A DNA stretch of 64,000 nucleotides, taken from contig OZ024763.1 of NCBI GenBank assembly GCA_964016885.1, positions 2,542,001-2,606,000 on the forward strand. The letters are read 5' to 3'. Shown here piece after piece: positions 37,111-50,420 of the stretch. The notes under the pieces are model-generated. The model saw nothing but the letters and a program-made list of their open reading frames with translations, was not told the origin of the DNA and did not search any database. How positions within the stretch are numbered: position 1 is the first letter of the stretch; each line of letters starts with the position of its first letter. Source of the DNA: Eledone cirrhosa (lineage: Eukaryota). Both the position numbers and the translations under genes were made by a program.

Positions 37111-37810
37111 TATATATACATACATTCATATATATACACACATAAATATATATATATATATATATGAATGAATGGTTGTATATTTATGTGTGTGATGGAC
37201 TGTAAGACAATAAGCTGTGTATGAGTGTAGAGAGAGAGAGGGGGGAGAGAAAAACAAAGAGAAAGTGAGGGTGAGAGAGAGAGAATGGGTTTAAAGGTAT
37301 GTTATATATGTAAGATAATAGAAGAGTCATTAGAAATAGCAACACTGTTAGTACACTTATTGGTACATGCTGTCCACCACCACCTTCAGACCCACCGACT
37401 CACCATTCAACCTCCACCACCACACCTTCAGACCCACTTTCCGATCCCCCCCCACACACACAGACCGTCTCACCCACTGACTCACAATCCAACCCCCAAC
37501 TTCAGCTCTCCCCTCCCGCCCTTACCGACCCCCACCGTCCCTCCCCTCTGACCCCCAACATCTCACCCTCCGACCCCCCCCAACATCCCACTATCTGAGC
37601 CACACCAACACACCATCCCACCCTCCTACCATCTGACCCCTCCCGCCCTCCTACCATCTGACCCCTCCTGCCCTCTTACCATCTGACCCTCCCACCCTCC
37701 TACCATCTGACCCCTCTTACCATCTGACCCCTCCCGCCCTCCTACCATCTGACCCCTCTCGCCCTCCTACCATCTGACCCCTCTCGCCCTCCTACCATCC
37801 GACCCCTCAC

Positions 37811-37943
37811 CACTAGAAATAACTCCTGCTATAGAAATAGAGTGTGAAATTGTTCTCCTGTTGTGGTTGTTGAGGAATTGCCTGTAATTATTGCCAACAA
37901 CACTGGAACAATGATTGGTGAGACCTACTGAGGTAGTTGCAGC
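37811..37943 (-). CDS. Candidate internal exon AATTSVGLTNHCSSVVGNNYRQFLNNHNRRTISHSISIAGVISS(G)
   Basis: Acceptor CCTATGTTTCAG, donor GTGAGG, 133 nt open in one frame, unique sequence. Confidence 0.35.
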
Positions 37944-39208
37944 CTGAAACATAGGAGGATGGGGGAGAGGAGGGAGTGGTTGTTATACCTCCTCTGCCTG
38001 CACCTACTGACAGACCCTCCTTTACATATCTCATAACCACACACACACACACACACACACACACCTCATAACCACACACACACACATCTCAACTTCACAC
38101 ACATCTCATAACCTCACACACACACACACACACCTCATAACCTCACACACACACCTCATAACCACACACACACACACATCTCATAACCTCACACACACAC
38201 ACCTCATAACCACACACACACACACACACACCTCATAACCTCACACACACACACCTCATAACCACACACACACACACATCTCATAACCTCACACACACAC
38301 ACCTCATAACCTCACACACACACACATCTTATAACCTCACACACACACCTCATAACCACACACACACACACATCTCATAACCTCACACACACACACCTCA
38401 TAACCACACACACACACACACACCTCATAACCACACACACACACACACCTCACAACCTCACACAGACCACACACACATGTGGATGAGGATGACAATATAT
38501 AAACCCTCCTTCACCTACCTTCCCCCTCCTTTACACATCTCATAACCTCACACACCACACACACACACCACACACCCTTATACTCTCACACACTACTGTA
38601 CACACACACACACACTACTCTACACAAACACACACACACACTTCCTTATACTCTCACACACTACTGTACACACACACACACTACTGTACACACACACACA
38701 CACATACATCCTTATACTCTCACACACACTTCCTGCAATTTTGTGAGCATTATTAAGGTACTTCCAACCTGAAACCCACAGATGTTGAAATATACCCTCC
38801 TCCCACCCCCACATCTCCCCAAGCCCCACCCCATAGCCCTACCCCCATAATTCATTCCTCAATTCACCCCTTTTCATTCATCACATAATTTAATTTATTC
38901 ACTCAATCATGTTTAATCTTTTTTTTTTATATTAAAAAACTTTTTGCCATTTATTTTTTGTTTTTTTTTATCTAAAAGAATTTATTTTATTTAATTAATT
39001 AAAAAAATTTTTTTTGTTAGAAATAGTTTCATTATCAGAATTAGAAATAAAGATATTTTAAAATATTTTTTTGTGTGTATGTGTGGTGTGTGGGGCGAGG
39101 TGGGTCTAGACCAGTGTGGGGGTAACTTGTGGCTCCATTGGGTCCCCTCCCCTCCTCGCCCTGTATGAGACTATTTAATCAATCTTAAGTGGCTCTTAGG
39201 TGGTTTTA

Positions 39209-40135
39209 TTAATCCTTTATCATTTACATTACTCTATATATACTATTGTATTTTCACAGTAAAGGCTTTACCTCACATAATATCTCACATAACATTTACA
39301 TTACTCTATATATACTATTGTATTTTCACAGTAAAGGCTTTACCTCACATAATATCTCACATAACATTTACATTACTCTATATATACTATTGTATTTTCA
39401 CAGTAAAGGCTTTACCTCACATAATATCTCACATAACATTTACATTACTCTATATATACTATTGTATTTTCACAGTAAAGTCTTTACCTCACATAATATC
39501 TCACATAACATTTACATTACTCTATATATACTATTGTATTTTCACAGTAAAGGCTTTACCTCACATAATATCTCACATAACATTTACATTACTCTATATA
39601 CTATTGTATTTTCACAGAAGGCTTTACCTCACATAATATCTCACATAACATTTACATTACTCTATATATACTATTGTATTTTCACAGTAAAGGCTTTACC
39701 TCACATAATATCTCACATAACATTTACATTACTCTATATACTATTGTATTTTCACAGAAGGCTTTACCTCACATAATATCTCACATAACATTTACATTAC
39801 TCTATATATACTATTGTATTTTCACAGTAAAGTCTTTACCTCACATAATATCTCACATAACATTTACATTACTCTATATATACTATTGTATTGTCACAGT
39901 AAAGGCTTTACCTCACATAATATCTCACATAATATTTACATTACTCTATATATACTATTGTATTTTCACAGTAGAGGCTTTACTTCATAATTATCTCACA
40001 TAATATCGAAACTACAAGATTTTTGTTATTTATTTTGAGGACAATACCTTAACATCAGTATGAGTGGCTGGTTTGAACAGAAAGTGGTAAGAGGATTCTG
40101 GCTGGATACAGCCAGTTTCAATGCTAAAAGGCTAA
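39209..40135 (+). mobile_element. TTAA-type MITE with internal 72-bp unit amplified ~11 times
   Basis: Degenerate ends TTAATCCTTTATCATTTA / AATGCTAAAAGGCTAA; same unit as 51233-51907. Confidence 0.8.
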
Positions 40136-40291
40136 GAATCGGTGGATTTGCAGTAGAATCAGTAGAGCATCAGACAACATGCTTTGTGACAATTAAGTTA
40201 TGGCCCGTTATGTTCTGAGTTCAAATCCTGTTGAGAGTAGATTTGCCTTTCATCCTTATAAGGTCGATAAAATAAAAGTACCAGTAGAGCA

Positions 40292-41216
40292 TTGGTTAGT
40301 TTTGCCTGTAAAATCTGTCCAGTGATTCTTTTCTCAGACATTCTAACCACATGTCCATAGTATCGGAGCTGTAATCTCTCGATTCAAAGAAGTCGCGACT
40401 CTACCTGGAGTGACTCACCAGTGATCCTTTCCTGAGATATTCTAACCACATGTCCAACGTATCAGAGCTGTGATCTCTCAATTCAAAGAAGTCGCAGCTC
40501 TACCTGGAGTGACTCACCAGTGATTCTATCCTGAGATATTCTAACCACATGTCCATAGTATCGGAGCTGTAATCTCTCAATTCAAAGAAGTTGCTACTCT
40601 ACCTGGAGTGACTCTCCAGTGATTCTTTCCTGAGACATTCTAACCACATGTCCATAGTATCAGAGCTGTGATCTCTCAATTCAAAGAAGTCGCGACTCTA
40701 CCTGGAGTGACTCACCAGTGATTCTATCCTGAGATATTCTAACCACATGTCCATCGTATCAGAGCTGTGATCTCTCAATTCAGAGTAGTAGCAGCTCTAC
40801 CTGAAGTGACTCTCTCATATCTAAGCTACAAATCTGTCCAGTGATTCCTTCTTGAGATATTCTAACCACATGTCCATAGTATCAGAGCTGTGATCTCTCA
40901 ATTCGGAGAAGTAGCAGCTCTACCTGGAGTGACTCACCAGTGATTCTTTCCTGAGATATTCTAACCACATGCCGATAGTATCAGAGCTGTGATCTCTCAA
41001 TTCAGAGAAGTAGCAGCTCTACCTGGAGTGACTCACCAGTGATTCTTTCCTGAGATATTCTAACCACATGTCCATAGTATCAGAGCTGTGATCTCTCAAT
41101 TCAGAGTAGTAGCAGCTCTACCTGGAGTGACTCACCAGTGATTCTCTCCTGAGATATTCTAACCACATGCCGATAGTATCAGGAGAAATAGTGACTCTAC
41201 CTGGAGTGACTCTCTC
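40292..41216 (-). repeat. Second 99-bp RTE-derived tandem array (~9 units)
   Basis: Same unit as 28202-29185 with different diagnostic variants. Confidence 0.88.
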
Positions 41217-42009
41217 ATAAGTTAAACCTTATATTAGAAATATGTCCAAAGCATTAACATTGTTCCTAAGCCCCAGAGGGTCATGAGGTCGGAGCTTATC
41301 CTGGTTTTATTGGTGTTAAGTGGCTGAGAGTAAATACAAGACACCCTGGCCTCTTCCTTCTGGATGGCAATAGGGAGGGGGTCGTGCTGCCAGTCCTTTC
41401 ATTGCAAGGTTACCCTTCTCTGACCCAACTGCTGCTGTTCATGTTGTTCAGCTGTTTCCGGCTGAGTAAGCTGTAGCAATATGAAATGAAGTGTCTTGCC
41501 CAAGGACACAACATGCCAGAGGACTGTCCATTAGTTTATGCTGTCTCTACCACACTTTTAGTGGTGGTGGTTGTAGTGGTGGTGTTGGTTGTGGTAGTGG
41601 TAGTAGTAGTACTAGCAACAGTAGTAATAGCAGTAGTAATAGTGGTAGTAGTAGTAGAGGTAGTAACAGTAGTAGTAGTGGTGGTGGTGGTGGTGGTGGT
41701 AGTAGTAGTAGTAGTAACAGCAACAGTAGTAGTAGTAGTAGTATGTTATTGTCAGTGTGTGATATCAAATTAACAAGCCATCTCTGTATCTAACCAATTA
41801 CTGTTGGTTCTGGGTCAGGTGAGGGTTAGGGGGTGAGTGTTAGGGTTGGGGGGGAGTGTTAGGGTTGTTATTAAATTACACACCCTCCTCCCCTCCCTCC
41901 CCCCGTTTCTTCATCTTCTTTATCTTCTTTCTCTTGCTGTTAATGTTGATGATGGACCAGACGATATTGTGGAATATCAGTCTGTGTGTATATGTATATA
42001 TATATATAT

Positions 42010-42413
42010 GTAGAGATGACCCCTTAGCCTTTGTCAAGGCAGAATTCTAGGAGAAGGAAAACTCTGATATAACACCTGCAACCCTGATGGTATCCAATGA
42101 TGTTGACTTGTTCTTCTTTTTGTTAAATATCATCTTGGTTAAGAGAGTGGGACTGGCTTTGTACAGTGCCTTTGCTCACTATAAAAGCTTCATGGCACAG
42201 GCATTGCTTTATATCTGGAGATCTCTGCACTTGTCGTCACATGGTACCATGGGCCCAGCACTATGTGTCAGTAATTGTCACAAGTGTAGTGTTTGTACCA
42301 GAGTTTTCAAGTCGCTGGCTGGACTAAAAAGTCACACTCGTTCAGCGCATCGGTAGGGGTTCTCCTACATGGATATAAAGTAGTGGCCGTACTCGAAAAC
42401 GAGTTGGCAGCCA

Positions 42414-42417
<4 letters not shown>
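42010..42417 (+). mobile_element. Bipartite non-autonomous RTE derivative (5'-UTR-like head + C2H2 3' end)
   Basis: TCTAGGAGAAGGAAAACTCTGA head (recalled as RTE 5'-UTR-like), CSVCTRVFKSLAGLKSHTRSAH*, flanked by (TA)n. Confidence 0.6.
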
Positions 42418-42451
<34 letters not shown>

Positions 42452-43314
42452 CCTCTACAGGTAATGTTACTGTTTGACAGTATATATCATAACAATAACA
42501 CACCATTAGTATCAGTTTTCTAAAAGACTATTTCAATGTCTATAGTGTGTGTGTAGTAGTGTATAGTGTGTGTGTGTGTATATATATATGTGTAACTGTA
42601 TGTATAGTGTGTGTGTGTGTATAGATATATATATGTGTAACTGTATGTGTGTGTGTGTGTGTGTATATGTATGTGTGTGTGTGTATATGTGTAACTATGT
42701 ATGTGTGTGTGTATATATGTGTAACTATGTGTGTGTGTGTATGTATGTATGTGTGTGTGTGTGTGTCTACTAAATAAAGGAGACCCCGTGGTTCTTAACA
42801 TCCAACCCCTAGCGATGGAATGTGAACTGAAAGCTAACTCTCCTCTTGTCAATAATACCTTTAAAATGATTTATTTTAAAATAAATCCACTCCGTAGAGT
42901 GTAGGATCATGTCACTCCACCCCTCACCCATCTATCCCAGCCCCACCTGCGCTGTTGGGGCAATTGATAGAGTACAGGGCACATATATGTGAGGTTCATG
43001 CCCCGAGCCCACCCAGGACCTCCAAGAGAAATTTTGTAAGGCGGTAGGTACAAGACCCCTTTGGGGCCCGAAGCAGGCAAGGATTTTTTCTCAACGAATG
43101 GAGAGATGCTGTGCTGAAAAGGACTCGTCCCACCCATGCAAGCAAGGAAAAGCGGACGTAAAATGATGATGATGATGTTGCATGGTTGCTGTGGGGCCTT
43201 CTTAGCTCTTGGGTCCCGGAATAAAGTACTGGCTGGATCCCCACCCCCCTGTTTCATAGGCCCTGGACCCACCCACCAGTTGAAAATTGCAAACTCGACT
43301 GTCACCACATATCA

Positions 43315-43353
43315 TGAACCTGAAGATTGCGAAAGCATGAAAGTACTTGTTCA
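43315..43353 (+). ncRNA. Minimal type I hammerhead ribozyme motif
   Basis: TGAAC-CTGAAGA-TTGC GAAA GCAT-GAAA-GTAC-TT-GTTCA; GNRA loop II, palindromic stem III AGTACT. Confidence 0.75.
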
Positions 43354-43538
43354 ATTAACACTTAGAATTTAATATTCTATCATACTATTTCATTATAATA
43401 CCATTATATATATTTTAAAGGATTGTAAATAAAACGAGTAAATCAGACAAAGTTGGAATTCCTCTTATTAATATAATCTTCTATACACAATCATACACAC
43501 CCGTGTATATTTACCTATCTATATCTATATATATATAT

Positions 43539-43572
<34 letters not shown>

Positions 43573-43603
43573 AACTGTGTGTGTATATATATATATATCA
43601 ATG

Positions 43604-43640
<37 letters not shown>

Positions 43641-43704
43641 TTTGTTTTATATAATAATGCATCAGCTGGTTTACTTACACTTTATATATATATATATATA
43701 TACA

Positions 43705-43737
<33 letters not shown>

Positions 43738-43834
43738 AACTGTGTGTGTGTATATATATATATATAACAATGTATGTGTATATATATATATATATACTTT
43801 GTTTTATATAATAATGCATCAGCTGGTTTACTTA

Positions 43835-43906
<72 letters not shown>

Positions 43907-44040
43907 TGTGTGTGTGTGTGAATATATATATAAACTGTGTGTGTGTATATATATATATATATATCAATGTATGTGTATGTATATATATATATATATATAT
44001 ACATTGTTTTATATAATAATGCATCAGCTGGTTTACTTAC

Positions 44041-44091
<51 letters not shown>

Positions 44092-44368
44092 TGTGTGTGT
44101 GTATATATATATAAAGTGTGTGTGTGTATATATATATATGTGTGTGTATGTGTATAAATAGTGAAAGGAATCTAGAACTATCTCTGTAATATATCTTGAA
44201 AGGGGTGGGGGTGAGTGTGGGATGGGGTGGGGGAGTTGTTTATTTTTAATCATTTACACCATTCCTGCTTTCCTTTCAGCTCGTAAAGTTTCAATTTTAG
44301 AATGAATCAGGCTCCACCTTTCCTCCAAATATAATAATAATGATAATAATAATAATAATAATAATAAT

Positions 44369-44698
44369 GCTTTCTTTATTAACCACAAGGGTTTACATAA
44401 AGTAGACATTAAGGACAGTACAGGACAATACAGGACGGTACAAATGGGCATTTCTGCGTGTAAAAAACAAGAAACAGAGGATGTAATAAAATAACAAAGA
44501 AAAATTCCCCAATAGGGGGGAGACTTTCGAGGGACATTCGTGGAGAAAGCCCATTAAAAGACCACAGTGACCCTGACCACCAGGGCAAGTGCCCTCTCCC
44601 AGTTTTCCACCTTTAATTTACAGACACATACTCAGAGTAGACCCATTCACTCGGGCCATTCTTGCTTCTCTCACCCATCTTTCAACAAAATGCTGGGA
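44369..44698 (-). mobile_element. Tx1/L1-like LINE 3' fragment inserted in (TAA)n
   Basis: Minus strand FVERWVREARMARVNGSTLSMCL*, 3' UTR, AATAAA, (TTA)n on both sides; clade assignment recalled, not verified. Confidence 0.6.
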
Positions 44699-44717
44699 AT
44701 AATGATAATAATAATAA

Positions 44718-45230
44718 TAATTGTTTCTACATTTGGCACAAGGCCAGCAATTACCCAGTGTATTACTGGTACTTTATTTTATCGACCCCGGAAGCATGAA
44801 AGGCAAAGTTAATAATAATAATAATTGTTTCTACGTTTGGCACAAGGCCAGCAATTAATCCAGTGTATTACTGGTACTTTATTTTATCGACCCCTGTAAG
44901 GATGAAAGGCAAAGTTAACCTCCGCTGTATTTGAACTCTGACCATAAAGGGCCGTAACTCTATACTGCAAAGCATAGAGTCCGACCCTCTATCGATACTG
45001 CCAATCCACAATAATGGTTTCTGATTTAGGCACAAGGCCAGCAAATTTGGGGGGTGGGGGTGGGTAGAAGAAAGTCGATTAAATCGACCCCAGTGTGTTA
45101 CTGGTACTTTACTTTATCTACCTCGTAAGGATGAAAGGCAGAGCTAACCTCAGCAGGATTTTTACTCAGAATGTAAAGTGACATAACTCTGTGCCACAAA
45201 GCCTGGTGTCCGACGCTCTATTGATACTGT
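44718..45230 (-). mobile_element. Cluster of three SINE family B copies
   Basis: Repeated GGCACAAGGCCAGCAA...ACTGGTACTTTA...GAAAGGCA. Confidence 0.8.
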
Positions 45231-45300
45231 AGAAGAGAGAGAGTTAAAGAACCTCGCTTTGATATTTTACCTTCAAGAGTACCACAGGACATATATACAC

Positions 45301-46015
45301 AGCTCAGCTTTGCTTGGTTCAACTTAGCTCTGTCCAGGTTGACTTGGCTTGGCTTAGCTCTGTCCAACTCATCTTGACTTGGTTCAACTTAGCTCTGTCC
45401 AACTCATCTTGACTTGGTTCAACTTAGCTCTGTCCAACTCATCTTGACTTGGTTCAACTTAGCTCTGTCCAACTCATCTTGACTTGGTTCAACTTAGCTC
45501 TGTCCAACTCATCTTGACTTGGTTCAACTTAGCTCTGTCCAACTCATCTTGACTTGGTTCAACTTAGCTCTGTCCAACTCATCTTGACTTGGTTCAACTT
45601 AGCTCTGTCCAACTCATCTTGACTTGGTTCAACTTAGCTCTGTCCAACTCATCTTGACTTGGTTCAACTTAGCTCTGTCCAGCTCATCTTGGCTTGGTTC
45701 AACTTAGCTCTGTCCAGCTCAGTTTGGCTTAGCTTAGCTCTGTCCAGCTCAGCTTTGCTTGGCTCAACTTAGCTTTGTCCAGCTCAGTTCAGCTTGGCTT
45801 GGCTCAACTTAGCTCTGTCCAACTCAGTTTGGCTTGGTTCCACTTAGCTCTGTCCAGCTCAGATTGGTTTGGCTTGGTTCAACTTAGTTCTGTCCAGCTC
45901 GGCTTTGCTTGGCTCAAATTGGCTCTGTCCAGCTAGGCTTGGTTTAGCTTGGCTTAGTTCTGTCCAGCTTGGTTTGGTTTAGTTTAGCTTAGTTCTGTCC
46001 AGCCTGGTTCAGCTT
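45301..46015. repeat. 35-bp minisatellite with homogeneous core and pentamer-like degenerate flanks
   Basis: Unit GGTTCAACTTAGCTCTGTCCAACTCATCTTGACTT, essentially perfect 45381-45680. Confidence 0.9.
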
Positions 46016-46069
46016 GGGAATCCGGGATCAAATCGAGGATTCAAGATCCAGTATCAGATCGGGAATCCC

Positions 46070-46245
46070 AGCACACACAGTAAATGTGGTTGCCATTAGG
46101 AAGGACATCCAGCCCTAGAAACCAAGCAAGAAACAGTCCTGTATGAGCAAGACATCGTCACCTAACCCAGCTTGCCTCTAATGGGACAACCTGTCTAACC
46201 CATACTAGCATGAAAAATGGATGTTAAACAATGATGATGATGATA
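46070..46245 (+). mobile_element. Diverged RTE/SINE 3' tail
   Basis: TTAGGAAGGACATCCAGCC...CTAACCCATACTAGCATG...(GAT)n. Confidence 0.7.
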
Positions 46246-47132
46246 TGATTGTGTTAACTGTAGAGCTTGTTTATTTCAATATCATCTTAAATCTTAAGAT
46301 CTTTGTATCAGGTGTGGTGTAGGAGGGAGGGGGGGGTTATTTGATGGGATCTTATAGTTCAAGATTTTGTGTGTGTGTGTCTCTCTGTGTATTTCTGTGT
46401 ATATATATATGTGTGTATGTTTCTGACTGTGTATGTGTATGTCTGTGTTTCTGTGTATATATGTATGTGTCTGTGTTTCTGTGTATGTCTGTGTATATAT
46501 GTATGTGTCTGTGTTTCTGTGTATGTCTGTGTATATATGTATGTGTCTGTGTTTCTGTGTATATCTGTGTATATATGTATGTGTCTGTGTTTCTGTGTAT
46601 GTCTGTGTATATATGTATGTGTCTGTATATATGTATGTGTCTGTGTTTCTGTGTATGTCTGTGTATATATGTATGTGTCTGTGTTTCTGTGTATGTGTGT
46701 GTCCATGTTATGTGTGTGTATGTGTGTGTGTCCCTATATCTGTGTGTGTGTGTATGTATATGTGTCCATGTTATCTGTGTGTATGTGTATGTCCCTATAT
46801 CTGTGTGTATGTATGTCCATGTTATCTGCGTATGTGTGTGTCCATGTTATCTGTGTGTGTGTGTGTGTGTCCATGTTATCTGTGTATGTGTGTGTCTATG
46901 TGTATGTTCCTATATCTGTCTATGTGTGTGTCTATGTGTGTGTGTGTGTCTATGTGTATGTGTGTGTCTATGTGTATGTGTGTGTGTCTGTGTGTGTCTA
47001 TGTGTATGTGTGTGTCTATGCGTGTGTGTATGTTATGGTTAAGAATGTCAGTGTAAATAGTAATGTTATTTTCTGCAACATTATATCTCTGTAGTGAAAT
47101 ATTTCTTATGAAAATAGATAAACAAACAAATA

Positions 47133-47450
47133 CTAAAATACACAGCCATCATCATCAACACCATATCTAAAATACACAGCCATCATCATCACCACCATAT
47201 CTAAAATACACAGCCATCATCATCACCACCATATCTAAAATACACAGCCATCATCATCACCGCCATATCTAAAATACACAGCCATCATCATCAACACCAT
47301 ATCTAATATTCACAGCCATCATCATCACCACCATATCTAATATTCACAGCCATCATCATCACCACCATATCTAAAATACACAGCCATCATCATCACCGCC
47401 ATATCTAAAATACACAGCCATCATCATCACCGCCATATCTAATATACACA
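47133..47450. repeat. 34-bp minisatellite, ~9 copies
   Basis: AAATACACAGCCATCATCATCACCACCATATCTA. Confidence 0.9.
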
Positions 47451-48339
47451 GTAAGCATCAGCATCACTGTTACCACCACCCACCACCATCACCACAGACA
47501 CCGCCATCACCATCAACACCGCCACCATCACCATCACCATCACCACCACCACCATCACCACTGCCACCGCCACCACCATCACCACCACCACCATCAACAC
47601 CACCACCACCATCAACACCACCACCACCAACACCAACACCACCACCACCACCATCAACACCACCATCAACACCACCACCATCAACACCACCACCATCAAC
47701 ACCACCACCACCACCACCACCACCAACACCACCACCACCACCATCAACACCAACACCACCACCACCAACACCATCACCACCACCACCACCACCACCACCA
47801 CCAATAAGATAGAAGCGTCAGAAATGGTTTGAAATTTTACTTTTTGCATCACTGAGATTTTTTTAGGTTTTTTTTGGTGGGGGGAGGGGACTTCTAGTGT
47901 GTGTTAGTGTGTATTGTGTGTTTCTGTGTGTGTTTGTGTGTATTGCGTATGTTTCTGTGTGTGTTTTTGAGTGTTTCTGTGTATTGTGTGTGTGTTTCTG
48001 TGTATTGTGTGTGTATTTATTATGCATTTATTGTGTGTTTATTGTGTTTTGTGTTGTTTTTTTTTAATGAAACAGAAGAAGAGGAGAAACTGCAGCTAAA
48101 AGTAAAGATACCTTTGTACTTGTGTTTTGTTGTATTTTAAGAAACAGCAACTTGTAAATATTAATGGAATCTGTCATTGGGTAGATGGGTGGGTGGGTGG
48201 AATGTTCTAATAATTTCTGGATGGGTGGTCAACTATTTCTAGATGAGTTGTTTACAGTATTCTGGTTCGGTTATTCTAATATTTCTTGGATTCAGTGGTG
48301 TTTTAGGTTGTTTCTAGTTGGGTGGCCAAATATTTCTGC

Positions 48340-48725
48340 TTATAATTCTGGATGGTAGCTCAACTATTTCAGAATGGGAGCTCAACTGTTCTGGATGGGA
48401 GTTCAACTGTTTCGTTTCTGGATGGGAGCTCAACTGTTTCAGAATGGGAGCTCAACTGTTTCTGGATGGTAGCTCAACTGTTCTGGATGGCAGATCAACT
48501 GTTTCTGGATGGCAGATCAACTGTTTCTGGATGGTAGCTCAACTGATTTTGGATGGCAGCTCAACTACTTATGAGTGAGAGCTCAACAATTTATAAGTGG
48601 GAGCTCAACTATTTCTGCATGGGAGCTCAAGTGATTTTGGATAGGAACTCAACTATTCCTGAGTGAGAGCTCAACTGATTTTGGATGGCAGCTCAACTAT
48701 TTCTGGATAGCAGCTCAACTATTTC
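48340..48725. repeat. Degenerate ~22-bp minisatellite
   Basis: TTTCTGGATGGGAGCTCAACTG consensus. Confidence 0.85.
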
Positions 48726-49185
48726 TTTGAACAGGACTTGAACCCTAAACCATATGGTTTAGAATAGAATTTCTGAACCACGAAAACCTTGTAGCCTGCA
48801 GCTACATAAGTTTTAAATTAGTACATATCTTTATGTTGACATATTTAAGGTATTTAGGGAACATTTTAGTCAATAACATAGTTTTTTTATTTCTTCATAT
48901 CTCTTCATATCTTGATATTTAATATAATATCTTACACACACTCTCTCTCTTTTCCCCCACTACCCCCACCACTATCATCACCCATTTTCCCTTATCAGTT
49001 CACTTTCTATCTTGTAGATAGATATATATACTAAACTACTAAACTACCATTTTCTGATAAAACACTGTTTTTCTTTCTCACCTTACTTCCTTCAACTCAA
49101 CCCCCATTGCAACAGATTTGTCCCTAACTTATTCTTTATAAATGACTGTAGATCTGTAATGCTGCAGGCTGCCATATATATAAAG

Positions 49186-49221
49186 TCTTAATGTTTCAGA
49201 CACAAATCCTTCATCAGAAGA
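49186..49221 (-). ncRNA. Decayed minimal hammerhead motif
   Basis: Minus strand TCTT-CTGATGA-AGGA TTTGTG TCT-GAAA-CA-TT-AAGA; stem III looks like ACGT after CpG decay. Confidence 0.45.
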
Positions 49222-49271
49222 TAGAATGAGAAATAAAAGATGACATAGAAAGTTAGTGTGAGAAAAACTGT

Positions 49272-50420
49272 ATCATCATCATCATCGTTTAACGTCCATC
49301 TTCCACGCTAGCATGGGTTAGAGTCTAACCTGTTAGACGGTTTTGTTCCATTTGATGCAGGAATGGTCAGGAGACCGTGTCTCGCTCATACAGGACTGTC
49401 TCTGGCAGGTTTTCTACCACTGGATGCCCTTCTTAACACCAACCACGTTTACAGTGTGGACTGGGAGCCTTTTCCCCGTGTCTCCAACACGGCCACCTTA
49501 CAGTGTGGGCTAGGAGCCTTTTCCCCGTGTCTCCTACACGGCCACCTTACAGTGTGGACTGGGAGCCTTTTCCCCGTGTCTCCTACACAGCCACCTTACA
49601 GTGTGGACTGGGAGCCTTTTCCCCGTGTCTCCTACACAGCCACCTTACAGTGTGGACTGGGAGCCTTTTCCCCATGTCTCCTACACAGCCACCTTACAGT
49701 GTGGACTGGGAGCCTTTTCCCCGTGTCTCCTACACGGCCACCTTACAGTTTGGACTGGGAGCCTTTTCCCCATGTCTCCTACACAGCCACCTTACAGTGT
49801 GGACTGGGAGCCTTTTCCCCGTGTCTCCTACACGGCCACCTTACAGTGTGGACTAGGAGCCTTTTCCCCGTGTCTCCTACACGGCCACCTTACAGTGTGG
49901 ACTGGGAGCCTTTTCCCCGTGTCTCCTACACGGCCACCTTACAGTGTGGACTGGGAGCCTTTTCCCCATGTCTCCTACACAGCCACCTTACAGTGTGGAC
50001 TGGGAGCCTTTTCCCCGTGTCTCCTACACGGCCACCTTACAGTGTGGACTGGGAGCCTTTTCCCCGTGTCTCCTACACGGCCACCTTACAGTGTGGGCTG
50101 GGAGCCTTTTCCCCGTGTCTCCTACACGGCCACCTTACAGTGTGGGCTGGGAGCCTTTTCCCCGTGTCTCCTACACGGCCACCTTACAGTGTGGGCTGGG
50201 AGCCTTTTCCCCGTGTCTCCTACACGGCCACCTTACAGTGTGGACTGTTGTGTCATCGACACAGTGGGCGGAACGGGAGAGGGAGGATGGGGTAGGGTGT
50301 GTGGGGTGGGGGTGTACATTGGGTTAAGAGGTGCCTACTGACTGTAGGTTTGTACGCAATGGTAGTCAGGTCTTCTGTACAACTGCATGGCGCCAAAGGT
50401 CTCGATCCAGTGTCATTATG
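49272..50420 (-). mobile_element. RTE LINE 3' end with a 49-bp unit amplified ~16 times in its 3' UTR
   Basis: MTLDRDLWRHAVVQKT remnant near 50400; array 49449-50247; (GAT)n tail. Confidence 0.88.

Noticed and set aside
41821-41870. Telomeric TTAGGG-like hexamers
   Set aside because: Only three scattered hexamers in a G-rich tract
43277-43319. Minus-strand exon FMICGDSRVCNFQL
   Set aside because: Its apparent acceptor is the antisense of the hammerhead CTGAAGA box; better explained by the repeat
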